The notes beneath the pieces are model-generated. The model ran no database searches, was not told where the DNA came from, and worked only from the letters and a program-made list of their open reading frames with translations. A stretch of DNA of 61,717 nucleotides, filler included. It is 3 parts of 3 records of this genome, joined end to end, with 100 filler letters (N's around TTAATTAATTAA, not from the genome) between each part and the next. Parts side by side here need not be neighbours in the genome. Positions count along the whole stretch, not along the records: positions 42,516 to 61,717 come from SRR20825006_150; 2 more parts are not named here. One strand, given 5' to 3'. Below, piece after piece: positions 47,432-56,452 of this stretch (position 1 is the first letter of the stretch; the number at the start of each line of letters is the position of its first letter). Position numbers and translations under genes: made by a program.

Positions 47432-47501
47432 CTATATGGATGCTAACCTGATCTGGCAATAGTTTCAATGCCAGTTTGTGGCCCTAGGTGGCACTTGTTT
47501 G

Positions 47502-47621
47502 TTAGTCGACGATATCGACGGCGGTGCCTACAGCGGTTGTCGCGACTTTTACAGGTACGGTGACCACAGCGCATGCACTGACAGCAAACAGGGCAACCGC
47601 AAGCAATACTAACTGACGCAA
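47502..47621 (-). CDS. Small lipoprotein MRQLVLLAVALFAVSACAVVTVPVKVATTAVGTAVDIVD (39 aa)
   Basis: Translated by hand; GGAGG RBS 7 nt before TTG; lipobox VSA-C; not in the ORF track. Confidence 0.75.
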   Translation of the reverse strand: MRQLVLLAVALFAVSACAVVTVPVKVATTAVGTAVDIVD

Positions 47622-47807
47622 AACAGAACCTCCAGCGTATGGCACCTTCGGCCATTTCGTCGTTTAAGTTGGTATGCCCGAGGCGAATTTGAGGCACAAG
47701 GCTTTAATTATGTGGCAGATACGCTACATAATTAAAGCCTGAAGGCCTGCGCGGTGGTCGTTTATGGTCCATCGCGCGAGCGCCAATGAGCGTCAAGGAG
47801 TTGCCGA

Positions 47808-48461
47808 ATGTTAAAAGCCCAGATCGTCCCCGTAACCCCATTTGCACAGAATTGTAGCCTGATCTGGTGCGATGAAACCATGGAGGCGGCGTTTGTCGAC
47901 CCGGGCGGGGAGGCGGACAAGCTGCTTGATGTGGCGAAGAAGGCTGGCGTTACGCTCAAGAAGATATTCCTGACCCATGGCCATCTTGACCACGCGGGCG
48001 GTGCGCAGGATATTCGGGAGAAACTCGGCCTGCCGATCATCGGCCCTCACAGGGAAGATGCCTTTTGGTTGGACCAGATTGAAGAACATGCCGCGCAATA
48101 TAATATGCCGGGCCTGCGCTGTGTGACGCCTGACGAATGGCTTGATGACGGTGATGAAGTAACCCTGGGCAATATCACCATGCAGGTTTTTCATACGCCT
48201 GGGCATACGCCGGGTCATGTGGTTTTCTTTGAACCAAAACATAAGGTTGCCTTTGTTGGTGATGTGCTTTTCAAGGGCTCAATTGGTCGCACAGATTTCC
48301 CTCGTGGTAATCACGCAGACCTGATCAACGCGATTACAAGTAAACTCTGGCCACTTGGTAATGACATTACCTTTGTACCGGGCCATGGTGCGCTTTCAAC
48401 CTTCGGGGCAGAACGGCAAAACAATCCTTACGTTGCTGATCGTGTGCTTGCCCAAGCTTAG
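47808..48461 (+). CDS. MBL-fold metallo-hydrolase (YcbL/GloC-like)
   Basis: THGHLDHAGG, HTPGHTPGH, GDVLFKGSIGRTDFP, PGHG. Confidence 0.92.
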   Translation: MLKAQIVPVTPFAQNCSLIWCDETMEAAFVDPGGEADKLLDVAKKAGVTLKKIFLTHGHLDHAGGAQDIREKLGLPIIGPHREDAFWLDQIEEHAAQYNMPGLRCVTPDEWLDDGDEVTLGNITMQVFHTPGHTPGHVVFFEPKHKVAFVGDVLFKGSIGRTDFPRGNHADLINAITSKLWPLGNDITFVPGHGALSTFGAERQNNPYVADRVLAQA

Positions 48462-48542
48462 CTCCAGACCATGCCGAAGTCCCTCTAAGCGCTAGCCACA
48501 TAAAAAAGCCTTTGGTATAAGGGCTTTATGGGGAGGGGCGTG

Positions 48543-49865
48543 ATGAAGCGGCTTGTCAGGAAATGGATCGTACTTTTAAAACGCAGGCGTCTGCGGCGTG
48601 AACAAAGAAAACGCGGCAACCATAAGCTCGTTGCGCGCGAAATACAGGATGCCGGGCTTGGCTGCAGCAATTGCGGCGCGGAGCTAACCGGCCCCTTTTG
48701 CCACATCTGCGGGCAACGAGACGATGACTTCAAGCGACCCTTCTGGTCTTTGTTGCGCGAAATTCTCGACAATGTGTTTTCAAGCGATAGCCGTCTTTTT
48801 AAGACGTTGTTTTTGCTTGTATTGGTGCCCGGTGGGTTGACGCGTGCCTTCGTTATGGGGCGCAGGGCACAATTTGTGCCACCACTTCGGTTATATATTA
48901 CTGTCTCCATTATGTTTTTTGTCATTCTGGCAATAGCGGATGTCTTGATTCTCGATATCAATGTGACGCCTCGCCCCAATACTGAAGAAGCTATAGAGGC
49001 CAGAAAAGAGGCGGTGAGTGAGGTTCAGTCGGCTTTAAGGGAGATGGGCATTCCGGTTGAGGAGGCCGAGGGTGGAGACGTGCCAGCTATTAATAACCGA
49101 CCGCCGGATGGCGATGCAGTGGTGGATGAAAGGCAAGACCAACCGGATGAAGCGACTGCTCGCCACACTGCCGCAGTGCGAGACAAGTTGAAGGAAGCAC
49201 TGGAGCAGCAGGGCGACAAGATACCAGCTGAAGCACGGGCAGAGTTGGAACGCATGGCGAACGACCCGGAGGCGCTTGTTGTAAGTCCACCATCACCCGA
49301 CGGATCGGATGTGGATTTTGATCTGCCTTATGACGTTGAAGTTGATATGTTTGTCCCCAACGACGATGAGGACCGGGATGGTTTCAAGCAGGAAGATATC
49401 GACCGCGTACTCAATGATCCGTCAGTGCCGGATTTTATCAAGGACGCAACGAAAGGGTTTGCGCGTGCCTTGCAGCAACCCGAAGCGTTTAATCGTTTGT
49501 TCAACGAATGGCTGCCACGAGCGCTTTTTGTCCTGCTCCCCGTTTTCGCGCTAATTCTCAGAGTATTTCATTGGGGCAAGGAGCGATATTATCTGCATCA
49601 ATTGGTATTTTCCCTCCATTTCCACAGTTTTTTATTCCTGCTGCTCACGGCCCTTATCATTATCGTACCTCTATATGGCAGCGATTTGGGGGCCGGCCTG
49701 TTCTGGTGGGGAACGTCGCTTTATCTCATTATCGCCCTTAAGGTCGGGCAAGGGCAGGGCCTCATACGGGCCTTTTTCAAAGCGGGCTTTATCTGGGTCA
49801 GTTACTTCTTTGTCATGATGGTGGTTATTGGCTCCGCTGTGCTGTTTGGTTTGCGGGAACTCTAA
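48543..49865 (+). CDS. DUF3667 domain membrane protein
   Basis: CSNCG...GPFCHICGQ Zn ribbon, PGGLT, GRR..FVPPLRLY, HQLVFSLHFHSF. Confidence 0.85.
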   Translation: MKRLVRKWIVLLKRRRLRREQRKRGNHKLVAREIQDAGLGCSNCGAELTGPFCHICGQRDDDFKRPFWSLLREILDNVFSSDSRLFKTLFLLVLVPGGLTRAFVMGRRAQFVPPLRLYITVSIMFFVILAIADVLILDINVTPRPNTEEAIEARKEAVSEVQSALREMGIPVEEAEGGDVPAINNRPPDGDAVVDERQDQPDEATARHTAAVRDKLKEALEQQGDKIPAEARAELERMANDPEALVVSPPSPDGSDVDFDLPYDVEVDMFVPNDDEDRDGFKQEDIDRVLNDPSVPDFIKDATKGFARALQQPEAFNRLFNEWLPRALFVLLPVFALILRVFHWGKERYYLHQLVFSLHFHSFLFLLLTALIIIVPLYGSDLGAGLFWWGTSLYLIIALKVGQGQGLIRAFFKAGFIWVSYFFVMMVVIGSAVLFGLREL

Positions 49866-49870
49866 AGCCT

Positions 49871-49908
49871 AAACGCAAAACACCGCCAGCCTTTCGGACG
49901 ACGGTGTT
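49871..49908 (-). terminator. Intrinsic terminator after azoR
   Basis: Minus strand AACACCGTC..CC-GAAA-GG..GGCGGTGTT-TTGCGTTT. Confidence 0.6.
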
Positions 49909-49937
49909 GCTATACTCACGCTTCAGAAGGTGAGCGT

Positions 49938-50561
49938 TTATGCTGCTTGCTTGAAGCCGGAGAGTGCGCTGTCGAGCTGATCTTCCGCCGCCTGCAGGCT
50001 TGCATCTATATCAACAGCGGTTTTATCAGCTGCGATGACGGTAACGTCTGTAATGCCGATAAACGCGAGCGCATGTTTCAAGTAGGGTACAGCGAAGTCG
50101 ATTGCACTGCCAACCTGCGTGCCGCCTGAAGCCGCGAACAGATAGGCTTTTTTGCCAGTGAGCAGGCCTTGCGGGCCATTTTCAGTATATTTGAACGTAA
50201 CACCGGCACGGGCCACCAAGTCAATCCATGCTTTCAGTGAAGCTGGAACGCCAAAGTTATAAACTGGTACCCCAATCGCCAGCACATCTGCGGCTTGCAG
50301 GTCTGCGATCAGGCTGTCTGAGAGCGCGAGTTTTTCTTTCTGCTCTTCTGTGCGCTTGTCTGTAGGGGTGAAGTTTGCACCAATCCAGTCTTCATCGACA
50401 AAGGGCAAACCTTCTGCGGTATCGTGGTTCAGAATAGCGACATCAACTCGGTCGGCGATTGTATCGATGAAGCGATTGGTGAAGTCACGAGAGATGGAGC
50501 CGTTTTTGCGCGCACTTGCGTCAACGCGTAATACGGTGATGTGGTCCTGGGTATTGGTCAT
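49938..50561 (-). CDS. azoR: FMN-dependent NADH-azoreductase
   Basis: DASAR..GSISR, PVYNFGVPASLKAWID, RAGVTFKYTENGPQGL, ASGG. Confidence 0.92.
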   Translation of the reverse strand: MTNTQDHITVLRVDASARKNGSISRDFTNRFIDTIADRVDVAILNHDTAEGLPFVDEDWIGANFTPTDKRTEEQKEKLALSDSLIADLQAADVLAIGVPVYNFGVPASLKAWIDLVARAGVTFKYTENGPQGLLTGKKAYLFAASGGTQVGSAIDFAVPYLKHALAFIGITDVTVIAADKTAVDIDASLQAAEDQLDSALSGFKQAA

Positions 50562-50566
50562 TTCAA

Positions 50567-50599
50567 ATTCCTTTCAAAGCGTGTGCTGTTGAAAGGAAT
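50567..50599 (-). promoter_or_regulatory. 11-bp perfect inverted repeat covering the azoR Shine-Dalgarno sequence
   Basis: ATTCCTTTCAA (50567-50577) / TTGAAAGGAAT (50589-50599). Confidence 0.55.
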
Positions 50600-50673
50600 G
50601 TATGATCGGTGGTGTGAAACAGTAGTTGGCCAAAACCCTACTCGGTGTTGCATATTATAGAACGCCGAGAGGT

Positions 50674-51075
50674 TTAGTCCTCTGGTATCAAATTCAGGGA
50701 CGCCGAGTTTGTGCAATAGCGCAGCCCGGTTGGCTGTGGGCCATCAGGGAAAACATGACCCAAATGGCTTTCACATCGGGCACAGAGTATTTCTGTGCGG
50801 ACCATACCATGGGTGGTGTCTACCTTCTCTATGACCGCTTCGTCATCAACCGGTGCCCAAAAGCTTGGCCAGCCAGAGCCGCTCTCATATTTGGTCTGGC
50901 TTTCGAACAAAGGTGCTTCACACGCGGCACATATATAGGTGCCGGGCGTTTTGGTGTTCCAGTACTTGCCACTGAAAGGGGGTTCTGTGCCGCCGCAGCG
51001 GCACACCTCGTATTGCTCAGGCGTCAATTCTGCCCGCCAGTCATCCTCTGTTTTTGCGCGTACGTCGTCGTTCAT
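50674..51075 (-). CDS. msrB: Methionine-R-sulfoxide reductase
   Basis: GTEPPF, CAAC and [26 protein letters not shown]. Confidence 0.96.
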   Translation of the reverse strand: MNDDVRAKTEDDWRAELTPEQYEVCRCGGTEPPFSGKYWNTKTPGTYICAACEAPLFESQTKYESGSGWPSFWAPVDDEAVIEKVDTTHGMVRTEILCARCESHLGHVFPDGPQPTGLRYCTNSASLNLIPED

Positions 51076-52904
51076 CAGCGCACCTTACAGACAAAACAAA
51101 CTGCATATTTACCCATGGGATCGTTGAAGTTGAGGAAGAGTTCAGCCTCCTTCTTCAGTTCCAGAGCCGTTTTCATCACAGGCGACATCTGGCTATCAAA
51201 CATGCGGCTGGTATTGGTGCCGATTGTTGAGTTCAGGAGGTCAGCAACCATCTGTTCAAACTGATCGGGTTGGTCGCGGTAGAAAACAAGCTGGTAGCTG
51301 TCAACGTCAGCGGCGCGGGCTGCTGCCTGTACCGCGTCGTCAAACTCACCCAGGTTGTCAACAAGCCCAAGCTCGTGAGCTGTGGACCCGACCCAAACAC
51401 GGCCTTGGGCGATTTTATCCACATCTTCAGCAGACATGTTGCGGCCTTCAGCCACAAGGTTGATAAACTCGCGGTAGCCGTACTCGATCGACTGCTGGAT
51501 GATGTCTTTTGTGGCTTCTTCAAGCGGCCGAGCCGGGTTGAAGGCACCTGCGAGCGGAGAGGTACCAACACCGTCAGCGTGAATGCCGATTTTATCAAGT
51601 GTCTTCTCAAATGTGGGCACAATGCCAAAAATGCCGATTGAGCCAGTGATCGTGCTTGGTGCCGCCCAAATCTCGTCAGCTGTCGCTGATATCCAGTAGC
51701 CACCTGATGCGGCTACCGGGCCGAACGAGGCAATAACCTTTAGGCCTTGCGCCTGGGCCGCGACAAGTTCCTGCCGTATCAGTTCCGACGCAAAGGCAGA
51801 GCCACCGGGGCTGTCTACGCGCAGTACAATGGCGGCAGTGTTCGGGTTGTTGCGGGCATCACGAATATAACCAACAACGGTTTCAGCGGCTGTTACAGTA
51901 ATCGGGCCGTCACCCATCACGATTTCACCCTGCGCGGTAATCACGGCAATTTCGTTGCCGCTGCGCATAGGCCTGTCAGTAGCTGCGAGATAGGTTTCAA
52001 AATGGATTTGATTGAACGATTGTCCGTCGGGTGTTGCGCCGAATTCGTCCATCAGTGCCTGACGCCACGCCATGCGGGGGGCCAGTTCATCAACAAGGCC
52101 GGTGTTGAGCGCGAGCTTGGCAAAGTCACCCTCCGCGGCGCGCAGGTCTTCTGGCACACGCGCGAGCGCGGCAGTGAGGGCACCATTTTCAAGGTGGCGT
52201 GCTGTGGTGATAGACGTTTCATACTGATCCCACAGGGTGCCAAGGAACGCCATGTTCGCTTCTTTAGCGGCAGGCGACATATCATCACGAATGAAAGGCT
52301 CAACAGCAGCTTTATATGTGCCGACACGGAAGACGTTTACGTTCGCCTCGATTTTATCGAGCATGCTTTTGAAGTAGGTCGGGTAATACCCAAAGCCTGT
52401 GAGCAAAACACCGCCGCCTGGGTTCATAAACACCTTGTCGGCCTGAGCGGCGATCAGATAGGTGCTTTGGCTATAGGACGTCGAAAGGGCATATACCTTC
52501 TTGCCACTCTCTTTGAACTTGCGAATGCTGTCTGCAATGGTGTGCAGGTGGCTTTGTGCCGCGCCAGATATAGAATCAGTCAGGATAGCGAGGGCTTTGA
52601 TGCGGTCGTCATTTTTTGCACGCTCAACGGCGCGCAAGATGTCATGGATACTGGTTTGCGGCGGTGTGCTGTTGAAATCAGAAAAAACAGCCTCAAGCGG
52701 GTCTGGATATTCTACCTGCTCAACGATTGCGCCGTTTGGCCACAGCACAAGAACGGCCCCGTCCGGCACACTTGGCCTGGTTTCACGGTTGCTGGCTGCA
52801 TACACGGCAAACAGCAAAACGATAACCAGAATGCCGAGGGCGGTCGTGCCGAGCCCTTGAATAAACGAAAAAATAGATTTTACTATAGCCCAGACGCCCT
52901 TCAT
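51075..52904 (-). CDS. sppA: Signal peptide peptidase SppA (67K type)
   Basis: [42 protein letters not shown]. Confidence 0.95.
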   Translation of the reverse strand: MKGVWAIVKSIFSFIQGLGTTALGILVIVLLFAVYAASNRETRPSVPDGAVLVLWPNGAIVEQVEYPDPLEAVFSDFNSTPPQTSIHDILRAVERAKNDDRIKALAILTDSISGAAQSHLHTIADSIRKFKESGKKVYALSTSYSQSTYLIAAQADKVFMNPGGGVLLTGFGYYPTYFKSMLDKIEANVNVFRVGTYKAAVEPFIRDDMSPAAKEANMAFLGTLWDQYETSITTARHLENGALTAALARVPEDLRAAEGDFAKLALNTGLVDELAPRMAWRQALMDEFGATPDGQSFNQIHFETYLAATDRPMRSGNEIAVITAQGEIVMGDGPITVTAAETVVGYIRDARNNPNTAAIVLRVDSPGGSAFASELIRQELVAAQAQGLKVIASFGPVAASGGYWISATADEIWAAPSTITGSIGIFGIVPTFEKTLDKIGIHADGVGTSPLAGAFNPARPLEEATKDIIQQSIEYGYREFINLVAEGRNMSAEDVDKIAQGRVWVGSTAHELGLVDNLGEFDDAVQAAARAADVDSYQLVFYRDQPDQFEQMVADLLNSTIGTNTSRMFDSQMSPVMKTALELKKEAELFLNFNDPMGKYAVCFVCKVR

Positions 52905-53051
52905 GGCTGCCCTTTCCAAACCTTGAAAAAAGATGGCAACATGCCTTCATTAGATAGAAGGTGCGATGCGGTTCGGCCCTCGTCAAGAGGTGATGCCGAG
53001 AATGTTAGCTCGCACCAAACATAATATACACAACAGCAATAGGGGGAAACT

Positions 53052-53903
53052 ATGTCATCACACATTCCGCAGGTACCGATTAACCGCCACACACGTGTGG
53101 CAGGTGTAGACGATGATATCGATTATGAGATCAAGGGCTCGGAAATGCAGTTCGTTGAGGTTGAGCTGGACCCAGGCGAATCTGCGGTCGCGGAAGCCGG
53201 CGCGATGATGTTCAAGTCGCCCGACGTGAAAATGACATCGGTATTTGGCGATGGTTCTGGGCAGGACGCGGGTTTTATGGGCAAGCTGCTTGGTGCGGGA
53301 AAGCGCCTGATTACGGGGGAAAGCCTGTTTACCACTGTTTTCACCCATGAAGGGGCAGGCAAAGCGCGGGTTGCGTTTGCCGCGCCTTATCCGGGCAATA
53401 TTATTGCGCTTAAACTGTCCGATTACGGTGGGCGGCTGATTTGCCAGAAAGATAGTTTTCTTGCAGCCGCACGTGGTGTGCAGATGGGGGTGCATTTTCA
53501 ACAAAAGATCATGACCGGGCTGTTTGGTGGTGAAGGGTTTATTATGCAGCGTCTGGATGGTGATGGTTGGGCTTTTGTACATATCGGCGGAACGATTATT
53601 GAAAAAGAACTCAAACCCGGCGAGGTTTTGCATGTTGATACAGGGTGTTTGGCGGCCATGACATCGGGTGTTGATATGGACATCGAGCGCGTTGGCGGTG
53701 TTAAATCCATGATCTTTGGCGGAGAGGGTGTTTTCTTCGCGCGTTTGCAGGGGCCGGGTAAAGTTTGGCTGCAAAGCTTGCCCTTCAGCCGCTTGGCTGG
53801 GCGAATTTTTGCCGCTGCACCACAAGCAGGGGGCAAAGACCGCGGCGAAGGTTCCGTACTAGGTGGCATTGGTCGTATGATAGACGGCGACAACAGCTTT
53901 TAA
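53052..53903 (+). CDS. TIGR00266/AIM24 family protein
   Basis: QFVEVELDPGE..VAEAG.MM, GESLF, CQKDSFL, GGEGFIMQ, GPGKVWLQSLPFSRLA. Confidence 0.9.
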   Translation: MSSHIPQVPINRHTRVAGVDDDIDYEIKGSEMQFVEVELDPGESAVAEAGAMMFKSPDVKMTSVFGDGSGQDAGFMGKLLGAGKRLITGESLFTTVFTHEGAGKARVAFAAPYPGNIIALKLSDYGGRLICQKDSFLAAARGVQMGVHFQQKIMTGLFGGEGFIMQRLDGDGWAFVHIGGTIIEKELKPGEVLHVDTGCLAAMTSGVDMDIERVGGVKSMIFGGEGVFFARLQGPGKVWLQSLPFSRLAGRIFAAAPQAGGKDRGEGSVLGGIGRMIDGDNSF

Positions 53904-53911
53904 GGCAGTGC

Positions 53912-55045
53912 ATGACAATTCGTATTCTTCAGCATCGCACGCTCTATCGTGACGATCACTTTTACAGCGCCTTCCCTGCGGTGTTGGCATTGCCCGCCGG
54001 CGATGTGCTTCTTGCGTTTCGCCGGGCACCCGACCACCGATGGCTACTGGGCGACGCGGCAGACGAGGACCTTGACGCGGTTGACCATGTGCATTTCCGC
54101 TCACATATCGCGATGATGCGTCTTGATAGCGGGCTTGAGGTAAAGGATGATGCTTGGTCTTTGCCCAGCCACCCGGAAGCGGGGGATCAGGATGCGAACC
54201 TCTTTCTTACCTCAAAGGGTAGGCTTATCCAGTATGGTTTTCTATGGTACCCGGTTACCTATGAGATCGCTAAGAAGCTGAAGGAGCTTGGGCTAGCCGG
54301 TCCCTTGATGGCAGACAGGTTTGGTGCGGGGTATATTTATTGGGCGAGCTATACCCGGATCAGCGACGACGGCGGGTACACTTGGTCTGACCATAAATTG
54401 ATGCCGCGCGACCCTCTTATTAAGGCGGGTCGTGATGCTTTTGCGCCCTATAGTTCTGCGCTGAGAGGCCGTATGGTGGAGTGCGCGGACGGCTCACTTC
54501 TAATACCCGCCTATAACGGAAGCCTTGCAGGATGTGAATTGCCTGCGGTTCGCTTTTTCAGGTCAGAGGATGATGGGGAAAGCTGGCAGGTGCAGGATAC
54601 CTTGATTTCCCTGCCTGATATTTCGCTGGCGGAGCCTGCACTCGCTTATTGGCCGAAGGGTGCCCTCACGGTTTTTAACCGAACGGGACACAACGAAGAT
54701 CGTCTTGTTATTGCATCGTCTTATGATGAGGGCGAGACATTCTCAAAACCTGAAAGTGTTGGCATTAAAGGGCACCCGTATGACCCACTGGTGTTGCCAG
54801 ATGGACGCTTGTTCTTGGTTTATGGCTACCGCCATGAACCCATGGGCGTTCGTGCCAGGCTGGTAGAGCTTGGGCAACGACTTGAAGATGCCGATGAGGT
54901 CGTCATAAGGGACGATAGCGCCAGTAAAGATGTGGGATATCCATCAGCGACACGGTTGCCGAGTGGTCAAATCCTGATCGCCTACTATATTGCTGATAAG
55001 AGAGGCGTTCGCGGTATTGACGGGACCCTCATCGATATTGATTGA
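53912..55045 (+). CDS. BNR/Asp-box beta-propeller (sialidase-like) protein
   Basis: Asp-boxes SDDGGYTW, SEDDGESW, SYDEGETF; YSAFP and DVGYP motifs. Confidence 0.8.
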   Translation: MTIRILQHRTLYRDDHFYSAFPAVLALPAGDVLLAFRRAPDHRWLLGDAADEDLDAVDHVHFRSHIAMMRLDSGLEVKDDAWSLPSHPEAGDQDANLFLTSKGRLIQYGFLWYPVTYEIAKKLKELGLAGPLMADRFGAGYIYWASYTRISDDGGYTWSDHKLMPRDPLIKAGRDAFAPYSSALRGRMVECADGSLLIPAYNGSLAGCELPAVRFFRSEDDGESWQVQDTLISLPDISLAEPALAYWPKGALTVFNRTGHNEDRLVIASSYDEGETFSKPESVGIKGHPYDPLVLPDGRLFLVYGYRHEPMGVRARLVELGQRLEDADEVVIRDDSASKDVGYPSATRLPSGQILIAYYIADKRGVRGIDGTLIDID

Positions 55046-55061
55046 GTTATTGAAGGAAGGA

Positions 55062-55487
55062 ATGTTTGTGGCGCTGACAACAGAAGACCTGAAGGCAAGG
55101 GGCTATCGCACCTGGGGTGACGAAGACCCGTTTGAAAATCTGGTGGCGCCATTTTACTTCAAGGAAAGGGACGAAGAGATAAGGTGCGCATTTGTTTCCG
55201 AGCGTAAGCACTGCAATGGTCATGGCATGTTGCACGGCGGTCTGTTGATGACGTTTGCCGACTTTGCGCTGTTTGCCTTGGCGAGAAAAGAGCTGAGTGG
55301 TCCTACTGTGACCGTTGGCTTTAATGCGGAATTTGTATCCGCAGGGCTTGAGGGCCAGTTGATCGAAGCCCGTGGTGAAGTGGTGCGCTCAACCAAATCG
55401 CTTTTATTCGTGCGCGGTGAGATATTCTCTGGCGAGACCACCATTCTGACTTTCAGCGGAATTTTGAAGCGCGTACGCGGCCAATAG
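55062..55487 (+). CDS. PaaI family thioesterase
   Basis: HCNGHGMLHGGLLMTFAD hotdog motif; start at 55062 or GTG 55068. Confidence 0.88.
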   Translation: MFVALTTEDLKARGYRTWGDEDPFENLVAPFYFKERDEEIRCAFVSERKHCNGHGMLHGGLLMTFADFALFALARKELSGPTVTVGFNAEFVSAGLEGQLIEARGEVVRSTKSLLFVRGEIFSGETTILTFSGILKRVRGQ

Positions 55488-55495
55488 GCCAGCTT

Positions 55496-56290
55496 TTATG
55501 CAGCCAATGCCTTGCATTTGCGCGCGGTAGTGTCGTCTGCGGGAAAAAGACACTCTATCCTGATTTCGGCAAGTGTTACGTCGCGCGGTGTACCAAAGGT
55601 CGAAACAGTTGAAAAAAACGCAAGCGTTGACCTTTTGTCGTTAAAATAAGTGGTCAGCAAGGGCAGAGGCGCTGTCCCGGGTTCTCTGTGTCGCCATTCT
55701 TCAGGCACGTTCGGGTACGACATAATCTCATTCAATAAGGCTTTTGCCCGTGCATCTTGTGGTGAGCCCGCGATATCATTGTGTAGATGCCGCATCAAAT
55801 CGCTCGCGACCTCTTCCCAATTATTAAGGTGTGGGCGCATATCGCTTGGGTCGAAGACCTGATGCAGTATATTTCCGTGTTTCGCGCCACCCTCTCGCAG
55901 GTATGCGAACAAGCGTTGCGCTGCGTCATTGACCATCAGCACGTCCCAGTACCGATTTATCACAAATGCTGGATAAGGTTCCTGCTGTTTTAGAATGCAG
56001 TCGATGGCCTGTTTTATGGGCGCGATCTCATCATCAGATAAGTCAATGCGGCTATATTTAGGGGCGAAACCGGCCGCGATAAGAAGCGCATTCTGCTCCC
56101 GGAGCGGTATGCTCAGTGCATCAGAAAGGCGAGCCAGAAGCGCCGGGCTTGGCTGCGACTTACCGGTCTCAACACAGCTTAGGTGTCGGGTTGAAACGCC
56201 GGCGTTAAGCGCGAGGTCCATCTGGCTCAAGTGTCGGCTTGTTCGCCAGGCACGTACCAAAGCACCAACATGGGCGTAAGGCTGCATCAC
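55496..56290 (-). CDS. XRE-family HTH regulator with MmyB-like ligand-binding domain
   Basis: LSQMDLAL.AGVSTRHLS.VETG..PS, EPYPA.V..R.W, FFST..TFGTP.DVTLAE.RIE..FPAD. Confidence 0.9.
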   Translation of the reverse strand: MMQPYAHVGALVRAWRTSRHLSQMDLALNAGVSTRHLSCVETGKSQPSPALLARLSDALSIPLREQNALLIAAGFAPKYSRIDLSDDEIAPIKQAIDCILKQQEPYPAFVINRYWDVLMVNDAAQRLFAYLREGGAKHGNILHQVFDPSDMRPHLNNWEEVASDLMRHLHNDIAGSPQDARAKALLNEIMSYPNVPEEWRHREPGTAPLPLLTTYFNDKRSTLAFFSTVSTFGTPRDVTLAEIRIECLFPADDTTARKCKALAA

Positions 56291-56354
56291 TCGTTCTCTC
56301 TCTTTTCAGATAATCAGTATCAACCAGATCATAGCGCTGAAATACCATAATTCC

Positions 56355-56371
56355 ATGACCTTAGAGGTCAT
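56355..56371. promoter_or_regulatory. Candidate operator ATGACCT-tag-AGGTCAT
   Basis: Perfect 7-3-7 palindrome between the divergent regulator and hydrolase. Confidence 0.7.
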
Positions 56372-56452
56372 TGATTTCATGTAGTGCACTTCGCCAATCT
56401 CGTCATCAACGGGCATAGCCAATAAGCCCGATCATGCATTGGAGAAGTGAGA

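Noticed and set aside
47443-47697. Cys-rich 84-aa ORF resembling a metallothionein or RiPP precursor
   Set aside because: It is an alternative frame of the 39-aa lipoprotein, which has the RBS and lipobox; the Cys residues arise from shifted Val/Ala/Leu codons.
5925-51075. Two msrB genes
   Set aside because: They are in different contigs and organisms; this is an artefact of concatenation.
51747-53024. 425-aa plus-strand ORF and other long antisense ORFs (e.g. 4465-5274, 12393-13040, 53058-53825)
   Set aside because: Shadows of well-supported genes on the opposite strand in GC-rich DNA; no recognisable motifs.
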